Shown here piece after piece: positions 40,740 to 51,860 of a stretch of DNA of 64,000 bases (within the stretch, counting starts at the first letter, position 1; each line of letters opens with the position of its first letter). The stretch is from Desulfuromonadales bacterium (GTDB lineage: Bacteria; Desulfobacterota; Desulfuromonadia; Desulfuromonadales; SZUA-540), in contig JAWSUS010000011.1 in assembly GCA_033549025.1 (NCBI GenBank), positions 27,831-91,830 on the forward strand, read 5' to 3'. The position numbers and the translations under genes were made by a program. Below the pieces are notes generated by a model. It had not been told where the DNA came from and did no database searches. It was given only the letters and a program-made list of their open reading frames with translations.

Positions 40740-43379
40740 ATGAATAAATCCTCGAATCCGGCCAATAGCGGCACCCGGCGCGATAAGGTTACTGCAAACC
40801 AGGGTCTGCCACACTCCGGGAAGCTCCCCTTTCCCATTGTCGGCATCGGTGCGTCCGCTGGCGGTCTCGAGGCTCTGGAGCTGTTTCTGAAGCACGTCCC
40901 CCAAGACAGCGGCCTGGCCTTTGTCATTATCCAACATCTCGACCCGACCCACAAAGCCATGTTGACCGAGCTGCTCCAGCGCGCCACCGATATGAAAGCG
41001 TTCCAGGCCAGGGACCGCATGGTGATCAAGCCGAACTGCGTTTACGTGATTCCGCCCAACAAAGACATGTCTATTCTGCACGGCGCCCTGCACTTGTTTG
41101 AACCGACGGCGCCGCGCGGCCTGCGCCTGCCCATCGATTTTTTCCTGCGCTCTCTGGCCGAGGATCACCAGGATCGCAGCATCGGCGTCATTCTCTCGGG
41201 CATGGGCTCGGACGGCACTCTGGGACTGAAGGCGATCAAGGAAAAAGCGGGCTTGGTTCTGGTGCAGGACCCGACCACGGCCAAGTTCGACAGCATGCCC
41301 CGCAGTGCCATTTCCGCCGGCCTCGCCGATTTGGTCGCGCCGGCGGAGGAGCTGCCCGGAAAGATCATCGAGTACCTGCGCCACGCCCGCACCCTTACCG
41401 GTTCCGAGACCCCGCTGGAGGAAAAGGACCAGAGTGCCCTGGAAAAAGTCGTCATTTTGCTGCGGAACAAAACGGGCCAGGATTTTTCGCTGTACAAAAA
41501 AAACACCCTCCGCCGCCGCATCGAGCGGCGCATGGGCATTCACCAGCTCGGTAAAATCGTCGACTACGTCCGCTACCTGCAGCAAAATTCCCAGGAGGTG
41601 GAACTGCTCTTCAAGGAGCTGCTCATCGGGGTGACGAATTTTTTCCGCGATCCGGACGCCTGGGAGATATTGCGGACCGAGGCTCTTCCGGCGCTGCTCG
41701 AAAAACGCCCGGAGGGGGGGGTGCTGCGCGCCTGGTCGGTCGGTTGTTCTACCGGTGAAGAGGCCTATTCTCTGGCGATCATCTGCCATGAAGCGATCAG
41801 CGAGATAAAGCCCAAGGCGGATTTCAAGCTCCAGATTTTCGCCACCGATCTTGATCAGGACGCCATCGACAAGGCCCGCCGGGGCTGGTATCCTTCCAAC
41901 ATCGCCGCCGATGTTTCGGCCGATCGTCTGCGCCGGTTCTTTGTCCAGGAGGAGAACGGCTACCGTATCGGCAAGAAAATCCGGGAGATGGTGACCTTCG
42001 CTACCCAGAACGTCATCATGGATCCCCCTTTTACCAAGCTCGACATTCTGGTTTGCCGCAACCTTCTCATTTACCTGATGCCGGAGCTGCAGAAAAAACT
42101 GTTACCGCTCTTTCACTACAGCCTCAAGCCCGACGGCGTCCTGTTTCTTGGCAACGCGGAAGCCATCGGCACCGCCGCCGAACTGTTTGCGCCCATCAAT
42201 CTCAAGCTCCGCCTTTTCCGGCGGCGCGAATCGGTCCTGCCGGCGTCACCGGTGGATTTTCCCGCCTCGTTTGCCCCCGCCAGGGCGGAGGGCGCCAAGG
42301 AGTCAATCAAGGTGAAAGCCGCAGCCAACCTCCAATCCCTGGCGGATGAATTGCTCCTGCAGCATTTTTCTCCGCCGGCCGTGCTGGTCAACGACCAGGG
42401 TGATATCCTCTACATCAGTGGTCGCACCGGCAAGTACCTCGAGCCGGCGGCCGGCAAGGCCAACTGGAACATTTTTGCCATGGCCCGCCAAGGGCTCAAT
42501 TTTGATCTGGGAGTCGCCTTCCATAAAGTGCTCCGACAAAAGGAGGCAATCACCCTCAAGGGCCTCAAGATTGGCACCGAAGGCGGCAGTCAGACCCTGG
42601 ATGTCACCCTCAAGACGATCGAGGAACCCGAAGCGCTGCGGGGAATGGTGATGATCGTCTTTCACGACGTTTCGGAGCCTCCGCCGAAAAAAACGCGCGG
42701 CCACACCGCAGGCTCTGATGCTGCCATTGCCCGGGTCGCAGAGCTGGAGCAGGAAGTCCAGAAGCTGCGCGAAGAGTTGCACACTACCCGCGAGGAAATG
42801 CAGTCTTCGCAGGAGGAACTCAAGTCGACCAACGAAGAGCTGCAGTCCGCCAACGAAGAGCTGCAGTCCACCAACGAGGAGCTGACCACCTCCAAGGAAG
42901 AAATGCAGTCCCTCAATGAAGAACTGCAGACGGTCAACGCCGAGCAGCAGTCCAAAATGGATGAACTGGCCCGCACCGAAGACGATCTGCGCAACCTGCT
43001 CAACAGCACCGAGATCATGACCATATTCTTGGACAACGATCTCCATGTGCGACGCTTCACCGAAGGGGCCCAAAAAATCTTCAAGCTGATTCCAGGCGAC
43101 GTGGGGCGCCCCCTCTCCGACATCGCCAGCGACCTGCTCTACCCCGAGATGGCCAAAGACACCAAGGCGGTGCTGCGCACCCTGGCTTTTTCGGAAAAGG
43201 AGATTGCGACGGAGGACGGACGCTGGTTTTCGGTGCGCATCATGCCCTACCGCACCATTGACGACGTCATTGGCGGGGTGGTGATCACCTTTGCCAATAT
43301 CACTGGGGCCAAGGCCCTGGAAAAGGAGCTGCGCGAGCACATCGAGCAACTCAAACATCAGCCCAAGGGGGGCGCTTAG
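40740..43379 (+). CDS. CheB methylesterase / CheR methyltransferase fusion with coiled coil and PAS domains
   Basis: CheB triad motifs GASAGG, QHLDP, SGMGSDG; CheR motifs VTNFFRD, GCSTGEE, CRNLLIY; EELQS heptads. Confidence 0.92.
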   Translation: MNKSSNPANSGTRRDKVTANQGLPHSGKLPFPIVGIGASAGGLEALELFLKHVPQDSGLAFVIIQHLDPTHKAMLTELLQRATDMKAFQARDRMVIKPNCVYVIPPNKDMSILHGALHLFEPTAPRGLRLPIDFFLRSLAEDHQDRSIGVILSGMGSDGTLGLKAIKEKAGLVLVQDPTTAKFDSMPRSAISAGLADLVAPAEELPGKIIEYLRHARTLTGSETPLEEKDQSALEKVVILLRNKTGQDFSLYKKNTLRRRIERRMGIHQLGKIVDYVRYLQQNSQEVELLFKELLIGVTNFFRDPDAWEILRTEALPALLEKRPEGGVLRAWSVGCSTGEEAYSLAIICHEAISEIKPKADFKLQIFATDLDQDAIDKARRGWYPSNIAADVSADRLRRFFVQEENGYRIGKKIREMVTFATQNVIMDPPFTKLDILVCRNLLIYLMPELQKKLLPLFHYSLKPDGVLFLGNAEAIGTAAELFAPINLKLRLFRRRESVLPASPVDFPASFAPARAEGAKESIKVKAAANLQSLADELLLQHFSPPAVLVNDQGDILYISGRTGKYLEPAAGKANWNIFAMARQGLNFDLGVAFHKVLRQKEAITLKGLKIGTEGGSQTLDVTLKTIEEPEALRGMVMIVFHDVSEPPPKKTRGHTAGSDAAIARVAELEQEVQKLREELHTTREEMQSSQEELKSTNEELQSANEELQSTNEELTTSKEEMQSLNEELQTVNAEQQSKMDELARTEDDLRNLLNSTEIMTIFLDNDLHVRRFTEGAQKIFKLIPGDVGRPLSDIASDLLYPEMAKDTKAVLRTLAFSEKEIATEDGRWFSVRIMPYRTIDDVIGGVVITFANITGAKALEKELREHIEQLKHQPKGGA
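42793..42940 (+). repeat. 21-bp tandem coding repeat encoding EELQSxN heptads in the CheBR fusion
   Basis: CAACGAAGAGCTGCAGTCC repeated at 21-nt period. Confidence 0.8.
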
Positions 43380-43381
43380 CT

Positions 43382-45100
43382 TTGACTAACGACAAAGATC
43401 ACAAGCCCTTGCGGATGACCAACCAATTGCGCCGTCAGGCGGAGGAGCAGTTGCGCGCGAAGACCGCCGCAAAACCGCCTCCGCTGAGTCTGAACGAGGC
43501 GCAGCGGCTCCTCCATGAGCTTGAAGTTCACCAGATCGAGCTGGAAATGCAGAACGCCGAGCTGCGCAGTGCCCGTCATGAGCTCGAAATCGCCCACACC
43601 AAATACGCCGAACTCTTCGATTTCGCCCCCCTCGGCTACTTTATTCTCGATCAGCGCGGCCGTATCCAGGAGGTCAATCTGGCCGGGGCGCAACTGCTGG
43701 GTATCGAGCGGGGCCTGCTCACCGGCAAAGCGCTCAGCCGATTTATTGAGGAGGCCGAGGGAAGGGCAGCTTTTTCTGATCATCTCGAAAAGGTTGTGGG
43801 AGACCAGGGGGTTCAGTGCTGCGAACTCAACCTCCGAAGACCTGACAACACCCGCTTCCACGGCCTGCTGCAGAGCGCTGCGGTGGAGGCCAGTGAGATT
43901 CTGGACGGCCGCATCCTGACGTCGATCGTCGACGACACCGATAACCGGGCGCTGCGCCTTAAACTGCAGCAGGCCCAAGCGATACTGGAGGAGACGGTCG
44001 CCGAACGCACCGCCGAGTTGACGAAAGCCAACGCGCAACTGGTGCAGGAAATCGAAGAGCACAAGCGGGCGAAGGAATCGCTCAAGGGGGCTTTTTCCCA
44101 GATCCAGAAGCTCTCCGAGCGGTTGCAGGCTGAGAACGTTCACCTGCAGCAGGAAGTCTCTCGGGAGTACGACTTCGGGGAGATCATTGGGCACAGCGAT
44201 GCCATGTCCTACGTTTTTTTCCGCGTCGAACAGGTGGCGCCGCAGGATGCCACCGTATTGTTGCTCGGCGAGACTGGCACGGGCAAGGGTCTGATCGCCC
44301 GCGCCATCCACAGCCGCAGCGCGCGCAAAGACCGTCCTATGATTACGGTCAACTGCACGGCGCTGCCGGCGAACCTCATCGAGAGCGAACTTTTCGGACG
44401 GGAAAAAGGGGCGTTTACCGGGGCCCATGCCCGGCAGATGGGGCGCTTCGAGCTGGCTGACGGCGGCACCATTTTCCTTGACGAAATCGGTGAAATGCCG
44501 CTGGAGCTGCAGTGCAAGCTACTGCGGGTCCTTCAGGATGGCGAGTTCGAGCGACTGGGCAGCCCCCGTACCGTAAAAGTCGATGTTCGGATCATCGCCG
44601 CCAGCAACCGCGATCTGGAGGAAGAAATCCGCGCCGGCCGTTTCCGTGAAGACCTCTTCTACCGGCTCAGCGTCTTTCCCATCACCATCCCGCCCCTGCG
44701 GCAACGCAAGGATGACATCCCGCTGCTCATCCGTTACTTCATCGCCAAATACAACAGGAAAATCGGCAAGAAAATCGAGACCGTATCGAAGGAAACCCTG
44801 GGCGCCTTCGAGCAGTACCACTGGCCCGGCAACGTGCGGGAACTGGAAAACGTCATAGAGCGTGCGGTCATCACCAGCCAAGGACCGGTGCTCCAGGTTC
44901 TGGACCACTTCGATGCCTTCCAGAGGTCCGAGGAGGAACAGGATCTCAAATCCCTCGGCGATCTGGAACGCGATCACATCGTTCAGGTCCTGCAGAAGAC
45001 CGGCTGGCGCATTGAAGGGGCCAAGGGAGCGGCGCTCCTTTTGGATATTAACCCCAGCACATTGCGCGCCCGCATGAGGAAATACGGCATCCGCCGTTAA
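43382..45100 (+). CDS. Sigma54-dependent activator (coiled coil-PAS-AAA+-HTH) without receiver domain
   Basis: [32 protein letters not shown]-terminal HTH. Confidence 0.93.
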   Translation: MTNDKDHKPLRMTNQLRRQAEEQLRAKTAAKPPPLSLNEAQRLLHELEVHQIELEMQNAELRSARHELEIAHTKYAELFDFAPLGYFILDQRGRIQEVNLAGAQLLGIERGLLTGKALSRFIEEAEGRAAFSDHLEKVVGDQGVQCCELNLRRPDNTRFHGLLQSAAVEASEILDGRILTSIVDDTDNRALRLKLQQAQAILEETVAERTAELTKANAQLVQEIEEHKRAKESLKGAFSQIQKLSERLQAENVHLQQEVSREYDFGEIIGHSDAMSYVFFRVEQVAPQDATVLLLGETGTGKGLIARAIHSRSARKDRPMITVNCTALPANLIESELFGREKGAFTGAHARQMGRFELADGGTIFLDEIGEMPLELQCKLLRVLQDGEFERLGSPRTVKVDVRIIAASNRDLEEEIRAGRFREDLFYRLSVFPITIPPLRQRKDDIPLLIRYFIAKYNRKIGKKIETVSKETLGAFEQYHWPGNVRELENVIERAVITSQGPVLQVLDHFDAFQRSEEEQDLKSLGDLERDHIVQVLQKTGWRIEGAKGAALLLDINPSTLRARMRKYGIRR

Positions 45101-45137
45101 ACAAGAAAAATCTCCCTCCCTTCTTGCCCACCATATC

Positions 45138-45273
45138 TGACGGTTATGCCAAGTATGACGGCTGCAGCTGACGGATTTTACTTCGACCCTTCCGCATTCA
45201 TTTCGTCTTCCCCTTTATAATCGTCACCTTACACTCGTGGAATCCGCAGGTTTCCGGCGGCACGTTCATTGCG
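45138..45273 (+). promoter_or_regulatory. Upstream repeats plus sigma54 promoter, copy 1
   Basis: TGACGG-N12-TGACGG-N7-TGACGG (45138-74); CGGCACGTTCATTGCG (45258-73). Confidence 0.75.
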
Positions 45274-45363
45274 ATTGAATGTGTGTGGACGGGCGGGAGT
45301 CATTGTTGCGGAAGACACATCAGGTGGGAAAATCTAAACGCAAATGAGACGGGAGAAGAGGAA

Positions 45364-45747
45364 ATGAGCATGAAAATCTGGATGTTGCTGAATGCGTGTC
45401 TGGTCACGTTGTTCATGGTTGTTCTGTCCGGTTGTGCCACAAAGGCGCCAGCCCCGGAAGAGCAGGTCACCATGGCCACCCAATCGATTGCCCAAGCGGA
45501 AAGTTCCGGTGCCATGGAGTTTGCCCCGGTGGAACTTAAATCGGCACGAGACAAACTGAGCCAGGCCAAACTCGCCATGGACAAGGAAGAGAATATCAGG
45601 GCCAAGCGGCTCGCCGATGAAGCCATGGTCGATGCCAATCTGGCAGAGGCCAAGGCGCGCTCCGCCAAATCGCAACTGGTTGTGGATGAATTGAAGGAAA
45701 GCATTCGCGTGCTGCGGGAAGAGATGAGTCGCAAGACCAATCCCTAG
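45364..45747 (+). CDS. DUF4398 domain lipoprotein
   Basis: Lipobox LSGC; APVELKSARDKL, DANLAEAKAR. Confidence 0.85.
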   Translation: MSMKIWMLLNACLVTLFMVVLSGCATKAPAPEEQVTMATQSIAQAESSGAMEFAPVELKSARDKLSQAKLAMDKEENIRAKRLADEAMVDANLAEAKARSAKSQLVVDELKESIRVLREEMSRKTNP

Positions 45748-45781
45748 ATCATTGCCGCTAATTTTCGTAAAGGAGATCACC

Positions 45782-46690
45782 ATGAAGTTATTATCGTCGC
45801 CCTTGATCCTTCTGCTTGGGGTATCAGTTGTTGGTCTGCAGCTATTTGGTTGCAGTCCGGCGGTGCGGGAAAATGCCATGCTTGAACAAGCCCGATCGGC
45901 GTTTGCCGAAGCCCAGGGCGACCCCGATGTACAAAAGAATGCCCCGCTCGAACTTCAAAAGGCCAAAGTCAATCTGGAAAAGGCGGAAAAACTCCTCACG
46001 GCGGGCGCCGAGGCCCCTGAAGTGGAACACTTCGCCTATCTTGCCAAGCAACGTACCGCCATCGCTCAGGAAACAACCAACGTGAAACTGGCGGAGCAGG
46101 CAGTGGATGCGGCCAGTGCGGAACGGAGCGAGATGCTTCTGAAAGCCCGGACTCTGGAGGCGGATCGGGCGATGCGATCGGCGGAAGCCGCCCGTCTGCA
46201 AGCCGGAGCGATGACCGCCGAAGCGGAAAAGGCCAAAGCCGAGGCGCTGGCGGCCGCCGAGCAGGCGAGGAAGCTGCAAGAACAGATCGCCGAATTGGAG
46301 GCCACCCAGTCAGAACGGGGGCTGGTGGTGACTCTGGGCGACGTTCTGTTCGATACCAACAAAAGTGAACTTCGCTCGGGAGCGATTTACACCATCGACA
46401 AACTCGCTGCGTTTCTGGCCGAATACCCGACGCGCAAGGTATTGATCGAAGGTTTTACCGACAGTACCGGAACCGTGGAATACAACCAGCGCCTCTCTGA
46501 GCGCCGTGCAGAGGCGGTCAAAAATGCCCTCGTGGCCAGAGGGATCGATTCCAGTCGGCTCATGATCCGCGGTTATGGCGTTGAGTTCCCTGTTGCCAGC
46601 AACGAAACGGCTGAGGGACGCCAGCGCAACCGGCGGGTCGAAGTCATCATTTCGGATGAGGACGGGAGCATTATGGAACGAAAATATTGA
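45782..46690 (+). CDS. DUF4398 plus OmpA_C-like domain lipoprotein
   Basis: AAGGAG RBS, lipobox LFGC, LGDVLFD, IEGFTDSTG..YNQRLSERRA, NRRVEV. Confidence 0.9.
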   Translation: MKLLSSPLILLLGVSVVGLQLFGCSPAVRENAMLEQARSAFAEAQGDPDVQKNAPLELQKAKVNLEKAEKLLTAGAEAPEVEHFAYLAKQRTAIAQETTNVKLAEQAVDAASAERSEMLLKARTLEADRAMRSAEAARLQAGAMTAEAEKAKAEALAAAEQARKLQEQIAELEATQSERGLVVTLGDVLFDTNKSELRSGAIYTIDKLAAFLAEYPTRKVLIEGFTDSTGTVEYNQRLSERRAEAVKNALVARGIDSSRLMIRGYGVEFPVASNETAEGRQRNRRVEVIISDEDGSIMERKY

Positions 46691-46768
46691 GTTTAGTAAT
46701 GGTTGGGATCTCTGGAATGCAACGAAATGCGGGGTAAAGGCAACCAGGCCGCCGCGGGGGAGAGCATC

Positions 46769-46948
46769 ATGAAATCGGGTAACAGGGACAAGGCCGAAGG
46801 CGCAATGCACCAGACGAAAGGCAAGATCAAGGAAGTGGTCGGAAAGCTCACCGATAATCCCAGGTTGGAAGACGAAGGCACCTCAGAGAAAGTCGCCGGC
46901 AAGGTCCAAAGGAAAGTCGGCGAAGTAAAGAAGGTTTTGGATGAGTAA
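46769..46948 (+). CDS. CsbD family stress protein
   Basis: DKAEG..HQTKGKIKEVVGKLTDN..LEDEG..EK.AGKVQ. Confidence 0.9.
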   Translation: MKSGNRDKAEGAMHQTKGKIKEVVGKLTDNPRLEDEGTSEKVAGKVQRKVGEVKKVLDE

Positions 46949-47071
46949 TGAGCACGGGTATATGCACCGGGGACCCGAATGCAAATCGCAATGATGCATC
47001 ATAAACCTTAACCCGGACGTGAGGCTTTCAGCGCAAATGCTCAATAAAACAACGAAACAGGAGAACCACAA

Positions 47072-47827
47072 ATGAAAGTAAAAAGCAGCATATCTCTATT
47101 GGTGGCCGCCATGGCCCTGCTGGCGTTCAGTCTCCCCATTCAGGCGTCCGATACGGATGATCGCATCGAAGAAGCCGCGAAGGAGTCGTACGTTTTCAAG
47201 ACCTACCTCAAGGACGATGATATCAAGATCAAGTCCAATGACGGCGTCGTCACTTTGACGGGAACGGTCGCTGAGGAATCCCACAAATCATTGGCCGGCG
47301 AAACCGTGGCGAATCAATCCGGGGTCAAGAGCGTGAATAACAAACTGGAGATCAAAGGGGATCTCCCCGCCGAAAAGTCGGATGCTTGGCTTCTGACGAA
47401 AGTTAAAACCACGCTTCTGTACCACAGCAGTGTGAGCGGCTTCCAGACCGAAGTCGATGTAAAAGACGGCATCGTGACCCTGCGAGGCGAAGCGGATAAT
47501 CAGGCGCAGAAAGACTTGACCGCGAAATACGCCGCGGATGTCGAAGGGGTCAAAAACGTTAACAATCAGATGACCGTGGCCAAGACCGCAAAAGAGGCCC
47601 GCACCGCCAGCGACAAGATCGATGACGCGTCGATCACCGCGCTGGTCAAGATGTCTTTGCTCTATCACCGCTCGACCAGCGGTCTTCAGACCAAGGTCGA
47701 GACCAAGGATGGCATTGTCACCTTGAGCGGCAAAGTCGACAGCGAGGCCGGAAAAGACCTGGCCACCCAATATGCGAAAGATGTTAGCGGCGTCAAAGAG
47801 GTTAAGAACCTCATGACCATCGAATAA
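47072..47827 (+). CDS. Periplasmic triple-BON (OsmY-like) protein
   Basis: Signal peptide; three DG.VTL.G ... V.GVK.V.N BON units. Confidence 0.9.
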   Translation: MKVKSSISLLVAAMALLAFSLPIQASDTDDRIEEAAKESYVFKTYLKDDDIKIKSNDGVVTLTGTVAEESHKSLAGETVANQSGVKSVNNKLEIKGDLPAEKSDAWLLTKVKTTLLYHSSVSGFQTEVDVKDGIVTLRGEADNQAQKDLTAKYAADVEGVKNVNNQMTVAKTAKEARTASDKIDDASITALVKMSLLYHRSTSGLQTKVETKDGIVTLSGKVDSEAGKDLATQYAKDVSGVKEVKNLMTIE

Positions 47828-47900
47828 CGCTATACGACGGTATGACGGCTACCGGACACTGCCCGGTAGCCGCTCCAAGAGCGATATGAAAGGACAGCCT

Positions 47901-48054
47901 ATGATGGGGACTCTTGCGGTGTGTGGTAAGCGTTATTGCACCCTGGGAACTATGACTGGTGGACAAAGCCACCATGAACGGCATTATCCAGCGCCTGCTG
48001 GTTGTTGCCATCATCGTCGTGGTTGTCGGATTTATCACGGGCCGCAAAGTCTGA
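47901..48054 (+). pseudogene. Degenerate lmo0937/DUF5670-type small membrane protein
   Basis: C-terminal MNGIIQRLLVVAIIVVVVGFITGRKV matches the intact copy at 51049; in-frame TGA at 47953 and a frameshift upstream. Confidence 0.6.
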
Positions 48055-48104
48055 TCAGAGCCTGCCATATTTTGATTTAGTCAGTATCACTGAAAGGGAC
48101 GTGC

Positions 48105-48329
48105 ATGAATGCAACCAAAATGGCGGCTATCGTACTGATCGTGCTCGGCGTTCTTGGGTTGGCCTACGGTGGTTTCACTTACACCCGAGAGACCCACCAA
48201 ACCAATCTGGGCCCGCTCGAACTGACGGTTAAAGATAAAGAGCGAGTCAATATCCCGCTGTGGGCTGGGGTCGGGGCGATCGTCGCGGGCGGTGTTCTTC
48301 TGGTTATGGGGGGCAAAAAAGGCCGGTAA
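48105..48329 (+). CDS. Small two-TM membrane protein (DUF3185-like)
   Basis: LAYGGFTYT...LGPLE...NIPLWAG. Confidence 0.75.
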   Translation: MNATKMAAIVLIVLGVLGLAYGGFTYTRETHQTNLGPLELTVKDKERVNIPLWAGVGAIVAGGVLLVMGGKKGR

Positions 48330-48405
48330 AAAAAGCGCTTCTTGCCAGCTTCCCGTTTCTTAACCTTAAGGATCGGATGGGTTCTGTCGATTGGAACGGG
48401 CCAAA

Positions 48406-49797
48406 ATGACCATCGCCAATCCTCGCCATTGTTTTCTGCTGTTAGCGTTCGCCCTGATTTTCGGCGGTGGCTGTGCGGTTTTGCCAAACGTCGCTCAGCA
48501 GATCGACGAGACACCGACCGCCCGGCAGCCTCGGCAAATCGTTTCGTCCAAGGGATTGCTGTCCACCAAGCAGAGCCAGAAGATCATGGCGCGACTGCAG
48601 CAATCGGTCGATCCGACAGACATCCTGGGTCGCCACAGTGTCGTGGTCGAGTCGGTCACCGACAGCCCCCTGACGAAGGGGAACAAAGTCACCCTGCTCG
48701 CCGATGGTGAGGCGACCTATGCCGCTATGTTTGACGCTATGGAGAAGGCCCAGGACCATATCAACCTCGAAAGCTATATTGTCGAGGACGATGAGATCGG
48801 CCGCAAATTTGCCGATCTGTTGTTGAAAAAGCAGGCGGCGGGGGTTCAGGTCAACCTCAGCTATGACAGTGTCGGCAGCATGTATACTCCGGCCGTCTTT
48901 TTTCAACGTCTGCGCGATGGCGGCATTCGGGTGGTGGAGTTCAACCCGATGAATCCCATGGAGGCTCGCGGAGAGTGGCGCCTAACTCAACGCAACCACC
49001 GCAAGATATTGCTAGCTGATGGCAGGGTCGGGATTATTGGGGGTATCAATATCAGCAAAGTCTATTCGAGCAGCCCTTTCAAACGAAACAAAGAGGAACC
49101 GTTACCCATCCACTGGCGAGACACCGATGTCCAGATCGAAGGTCCGGCAGTGGCCGAATTGCAGAAGCTCTTTCTCGAAACCTGGCGCAAGCAGGAAGGC
49201 TCTGTGCTGACCGATCGGGACTACTTCCCTGAACTGCAGGAACAGGGGAACGCCTTGGTCCGGGTCGTTGGCAGCACGCCGGGTGAAACCAACCGTATTC
49301 CTTTTGTCATGTATGTGTCAGCGATCATTTTTGCCGAGAATTCGATTCACCTGACGCATTCCTATTTCATTCCCGACGACCAGATCCTGAAAGCACTTGT
49401 TGACACAGCTCGACGCGGGGTTGACGTAAAAATCATTCTCCCCGGCACTTCCGACTCGCCGTGGCCACTGCATGCTCAGCGGCATCACTACTCCGCGCTT
49501 TTGAAAGCCGGGGTAAAACTATACGAGCATGAAACATCGCTGCTGCATGCCAAAACTGCCGTGATTGATCAGGTCTGGTCTACCGTTGGCTCAACCAACC
49601 TGGACTACTTGAGCCTGTTGAATAATGACGAGGTGAATGCGGTGATACTGAGTCGCGAGTTCGCCGTGGAAATGGAAGAGATGTTTGCCAGCGATCTTGC
49701 CGATTCCAGACAGATTCACTGGGAAGACTGGAAGAAGCGGCCGTGGTTGCCCAGAATCAGGGAGTGGTTTGTGAATTTGTTCGGTCGCTGGCTGTAA
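48406..49797 (+). CDS. cls: Cardiolipin synthase / phospholipase D family protein
   Basis: Two HKD motifs (HRKILLAD, HAKTAVID), WRDTD, GSTNLD. Confidence 0.88.
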   Translation: MTIANPRHCFLLLAFALIFGGGCAVLPNVAQQIDETPTARQPRQIVSSKGLLSTKQSQKIMARLQQSVDPTDILGRHSVVVESVTDSPLTKGNKVTLLADGEATYAAMFDAMEKAQDHINLESYIVEDDEIGRKFADLLLKKQAAGVQVNLSYDSVGSMYTPAVFFQRLRDGGIRVVEFNPMNPMEARGEWRLTQRNHRKILLADGRVGIIGGINISKVYSSSPFKRNKEEPLPIHWRDTDVQIEGPAVAELQKLFLETWRKQEGSVLTDRDYFPELQEQGNALVRVVGSTPGETNRIPFVMYVSAIIFAENSIHLTHSYFIPDDQILKALVDTARRGVDVKIILPGTSDSPWPLHAQRHHYSALLKAGVKLYEHETSLLHAKTAVIDQVWSTVGSTNLDYLSLLNNDEVNAVILSREFAVEMEEMFASDLADSRQIHWEDWKKRPWLPRIREWFVNLFGRWL

Positions 49798-49798
49798 C

Positions 49799-50707
49799 AT
49801 GAGAATCTTCCTGGTCGCACTATCCATGGCGATTTTATTGGCAAGCGTTACCGCCTTCCCCGCCGAAAGCATGCGTCAGGACGAAGAGCTTCTGCGCGGG
49901 GCATACCACCGGAACCTGGCCGGCTTGTCGCACAACAGTTTCGGCCTGCCCCTGGTGCTGGAGTCGGTCGCACAAAAGGGCAGGGTTAAGGTGGATGTGT
50001 ACGGAAGCTTCGACTTTGACTTCGAAAGCATCGCCGAAGCCCTTCAGGATCAATCCAACTGGTGCGATATTCTCTCCCTCACCCCGAACGTCAAGGCCTG
50101 CACCTACCAGGGGGAGCAGGATGACTGGCGGCTGACCCTTTACCTCGGGCGCAAACGCTATCAAGCGCCACAGGAGACCTATCCGTTTGTATACCGCGCC
50201 CGCAAGATCGTGCGTCGGCAGGGGTATCTGGACATCGAACTCTGGGCAGACACCGGCCCCTTCGGCACAAGGGACCATCGCATCGGGTTGGCGGCCATGC
50301 CCCTTAACGGCAACAGAACCTTTGTCCATGTCAAAGGCGCCTACCGTAGCAGCGCGGTACTTCGCCTCGCCGAAAAGATCTATTTCGCGACGCTCGGCGC
50401 TGGCAAGGTCGGCTTTACCGTGATCGGGACCAACGGCAGCGGCGACCCCATCCACATTGGCGGTCCGCGGGGTGCGATTGAGCGTAACGCGATGCGCACC
50501 TATTTGGCGATCCAGGCTTTCATGAGCGCCAGGCATTATCCTGCCGCAGGAGTTTTTCCCATCAGAGCCAGCACCTGGTACGACCTGAGCGACCGCTATC
50601 GCTTACAGCTCTTCGAGCTGGAGAAGGAGGATTACCTCGTCATCAAGAGTAATGAGCGCAAGAGCCAGGAAAAACTTCAGCGCGAAATCGACAAGGCGCC
50701 ACCTTGA
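49799..50707 (+). CDS. Exported hypothetical protein
   Basis: Signal peptide; starts 1 nt after cls stop. Confidence 0.7.
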   Translation: MRIFLVALSMAILLASVTAFPAESMRQDEELLRGAYHRNLAGLSHNSFGLPLVLESVAQKGRVKVDVYGSFDFDFESIAEALQDQSNWCDILSLTPNVKACTYQGEQDDWRLTLYLGRKRYQAPQETYPFVYRARKIVRRQGYLDIELWADTGPFGTRDHRIGLAAMPLNGNRTFVHVKGAYRSSAVLRLAEKIYFATLGAGKVGFTVIGTNGSGDPIHIGGPRGAIERNAMRTYLAIQAFMSARHYPAAGVFPIRASTWYDLSDRYRLQLFELEKEDYLVIKSNERKSQEKLQREIDKAPP

Positions 50708-50743
50708 GTGCCCCGAGGCGTCAGGTCCGGGCCCCGTTACATG

Positions 50744-50878
50744 TGACGGCTATGTCATATATGACGGGTCCCGTCGACGGGTTTTGCTGCAACGATTTGT
50801 GCCATCGCAAACTATCTTAATAAAAACGGGCACCTGAAATGTTTATCCCACGAAGTATATGCCGGCATGTTCGGTGCA
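50744..50878 (+). promoter_or_regulatory. Upstream repeats plus sigma54 promoter, copy 2
   Basis: TGACGG-N12-TGACGG-N7-CGACGG (50744-80); CGGCATGTTCGGTGCA (50863-78). Confidence 0.7.
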
Positions 50879-51048
50879 AAATACAAGATCAGCAGGACCG
50901 GAGAGCGTTCTTGCCATGCGGCCGTGCCGCAGCAAAGTTCCGCTAACGGGAGCTTCGGTTCCAAGGGGAATTCCGTCGTTCAGGCAAACCAACAAAGAGA
51001 CTGGATGGTCGCTGCCTGGAGGCAGCCACGGTCAGAAAGGAGCATCTC

Positions 51049-51195
51049 ATGCTGTGGACCATTGCCGTAGTTCTTGTCATCCTCTGGGCCTTGGGTCTGG
51101 TGAGCGGCTACACGCTCGGTTCGTTTATCCATGTCCTGCTGGTCATTGCCCTGATCGTGGTAGTGGTCGGTTTCCTCCAGGGGCGCAGAGGCTGA
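51049..51195 (+). CDS. lmo0937/DUF5670 family small membrane protein, 48 aa (not in ORF track)
   Basis: AAGGAG RBS; MLWTIAVVLVILWALGLVSGYTLGSFIHVLLVIALIVVVVGFLQGRRG. Confidence 0.88.
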   Translation: MLWTIAVVLVILWALGLVSGYTLGSFIHVLLVIALIVVVVGFLQGRRG

Positions 51196-51227
51196 AAGGA
51201 CAATCGTCATAGGAAAGGATGGGCCGC

Positions 51228-51383
51228 ATGATAGGAACCATTATCCTCATCGTCGTGGTTCTGCTGCTGGTGGGTGCGCTGCCGACTTGGCCCCACAGCA
51301 GGCAGTGGGGCTACTTCCCCAGTGGCGGGCTGACACTGATTCTGCTGATCCTTCTGCTGCTGATGTTGACCGGCCGGCTGTAG
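51228..51383 (+). CDS. DUF3309 family small membrane protein, 51 aa (not in ORF track)
   Basis: GALPTWPHSRQWGYFPSGG signature. Confidence 0.9.
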   Translation: MIGTIILIVVVLLLVGALPTWPHSRQWGYFPSGGLTLILLILLLLMLTGRL

Positions 51384-51449
51384 GTGGACGGAAAATCAAA
51401 CACGGACGGCGCCGGCCATGGCGACCATGCCCGATGTAAAGGGACAGCC

Positions 51450-51860
51450 ATGATCGAGGCCACCATAAAAATCGCGGTGCCGCCGGAGAACAAAAAGGAA
51501 TTACTGCAGACTTTCCGCGCGAGCCTCAACCCGATCCGGCAAGAGCAGGGGTGCCTGAGCTGCGATTGCTACGTGGATATCGAAGCGGAGAACAACCTTT
51601 TTTTCAGGGAGGAGTGGCGCACGCGCGAGGATCTCGAAACCCATTTGCGTTCTGGGCTGTTCTCCGTTCTGATCGGAGCCATGAGCCTGGTGGAGAGTGC
51701 GCCTGAGATTAAATTCAATACCATCGCCACGACCGCGGGAATCGAGGTGATCGAGACGATTCGAAGCTCGTCGACAGGCAACCGTAGGGGGAACTTCCAG
51801 ACCGTGCATTCACTTGGCCCATCAGCGCCACCAACACCAAGGAGAAAAAAACCATGTTAA
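51450..51860 (+). CDS. Antibiotic biosynthesis monooxygenase (ABM) family protein
   Basis: RQEQGCL, EEWRTREDLETHLRS. Confidence 0.8.
   Translation: MIEATIKIAVPPENKKELLQTFRASLNPIRQEQGCLSCDCYVDIEAENNLFFREEWRTREDLETHLRSGLFSVLIGAMSLVESAPEIKFNTIATTAGIEVIETIRSSSTGNRRGNFQTVHSLGPSAPPTPRRKKPC

Noticed and set aside
42793..42940. 21-bp tandem repeat as CRISPR or non-coding VNTR
   Set aside because: In-frame coding heptads with no spacers.
47836..47872. CGACGG-TA-TGACGG as a third activator site
   Set aside because: Wrong spacing, no -24/-12 element at the expected distance, and it overlaps a GGCTACCGG/CCGGTAGCC hairpin after the BON gene.
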